From: a virus
Lineage: Duplodnaviria > Heunggongvirae > Uroviricota > Caudoviricetes
Strand: one strand, 5' to 3'
IMG/VR virus record: IMGVR_UViG_3300029234_000076
DNA: 6,914 bases
Below, piece by piece: positions 6,300 through 6,914 of this stretch. Numbering within the stretch: position 1 is the stretch's first letter; the number at the start of each line of letters is the position of its first letter. A program made the position numbers and the translations under genes. The notes under the pieces were generated by a model that did not search any database, was not told the origin of the DNA, and saw nothing but the letters and a program-made list of their open reading frames with translations.

Positions 6300-6899
6300 G
6301 CCGCCATCTCCCTGACCAGTTTTTCTGCCTGCTGGCGAACCTGCGCCAGAAAGGCCTCACCACATGCCTCAAGTTCATCGCGCCCGATGTAGCTGATTGC
6401 CGGTCCCTTCCAGGTCTTGTCGAAAACAGCAATAGCACCAGCGAAGAAAGCGCCTGTCGGCACCTGCTTCTCATCCTTCGGGATAAACCAGGCAGGCAGT
6501 TCAAAACCAATACGCCCGCGAATAAAAGCAATATGATCTGCATCTTCCGGCCACCACACTTGCTGGTGGCAGCTTTGATCAGGAAAACATAGCGCCCGCC
6601 TTTATCACGCATGGCACTGGCATGCTTCATGATGTAACGCATGCCGGTGATGTATTGCCCCTCATGCTGACTGGCGCGGCTGTATGGGGGATTACCAAAG
6701 GCAGCACCTTTAAGCTCCGCAAGGCGTTCTGACCAGTCATGCGCCAGCGCGTTGTCTTCCGCCGTGTAATACGCAGCACATTTGGCGTTATCACCGTCAG
6801 TGAACAGATCCAGAACAAACGGGCCAAACAGGGTGTTAATTGAACCGCCCCGGGTTTCCTGGAGAGTGTTTTATCTGTGAACTCAGGCTGCCAGATCAT
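6296..6899 (-). pseudogene. Phage N6-adenine DNA methyltransferase (Dam-like, NPPY motif), apparently split over three reading frames
   Basis: My manual translation gives MIWQPEFTDKTL (frame A from ATG 6897-6899), then ...SINTLFGPFVLDLFTDGDNAKCAAYYTAEDNALAHDWSE...FGNPPYSR...GGRYVFLIKAATS (frame B, about 6870 to 6562), then WWPEDADHIAFIRGRIGFELPAW...VREMAA (frame C, 6559-6296). The FGPF...NPPYS...WW...FIRGR order is that of phage Dam-like methyltransferases as I recall them. Frame junctions fall in short G/C runs (about 6855-6868 and 6560-6570), so this is either a genuine pseudogene or homopolymer sequencing error. Confidence 0.5.
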
Positions 6900-6914
6900 C
6901 GTTTCCGATGGAAG

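Noticed and set aside
435-6592. Plus-strand ORFs antisense to the minus-strand genes (435-635, 524-748, 1045-1287, 3687-3872, 3857-4048, 4008-4280, 4411-4668, 4812-5042, 5297-5551, 5403-5624, 5747-6055, 5805-5999, 6152-6592)
   Set aside because: All lie entirely within well-supported genes on the opposite strand, lack recognisable motifs or ribosome-binding sites, and have skewed composition. Treated as shadow ORFs.
6031-6642. 203-aa minus-strand ORF rich in Arg/Gly/Ser
   Set aside because: Only its first ~25 codons (MRYIMKHASAMRDKGGRYVFLIKAATS) are in the methyltransferase frame. The rest is an out-of-frame read-through overlapping the methyltransferase C-terminal segment, the LexA-like gene and rusA, with low-complexity composition typical of a shadow ORF.
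6627-6899. 90-aa minus-strand ORF starting MIWQPEF
   Set aside because: Only the first ~12 codons look like real coding sequence (probable methyltransferase N-terminus); after that the conserved methyltransferase sequence continues in a different frame, so the ORF as drawn is not a gene.
1-6914. CRISPR array, tRNA/tmRNA, insertion sequence, integrase/attachment site, toxin-antitoxin pair or known defence system
   Set aside because: No direct-repeat/spacer periodicity, no tRNA-like cloverleaf candidates, no transposase or integrase-like ORFs, and no paired small ORFs of toxin-antitoxin type were found on either strand.

Overview
This window is the Q-to-lysis end of a lambdoid (phage 21 / DLP12 / Qin-like mosaic) prophage, with the phage genes on the minus strand. 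From high to low coordinates: a tightly packed, translationally coupled block (apparently frameshifted phage Dam-like N6-adenine methyltransferase, a LexA-DNA-binding-domain-only protein, RusA resolvase, a KilA-N/ANT antirepressor-like protein, a DUF968-like Cys/His protein, antiterminator Q); then an oppositely oriented AT-rich porin moron on the plus strand (NmpC/Lc-type general porin with a highly structured IpeX-like 3' UTR and intrinsic terminator); then the lysis cassette (pinholin S with dual start, SAR endolysin R, Rz with embedded Rz1). I see no CRISPR array, tRNA, rRNA, IS element or integrase. I do not find convincing evidence for a wholly new multi-gene system. The items most worth follow-up are the truncated LexA-like gene, the DUF968 Cys/His protein, the three-frame methyltransferase, and the terminator/sRNA layout around the porin moron. 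All homology statements are from reading the translations against sequences recalled from memory; no database search was run.
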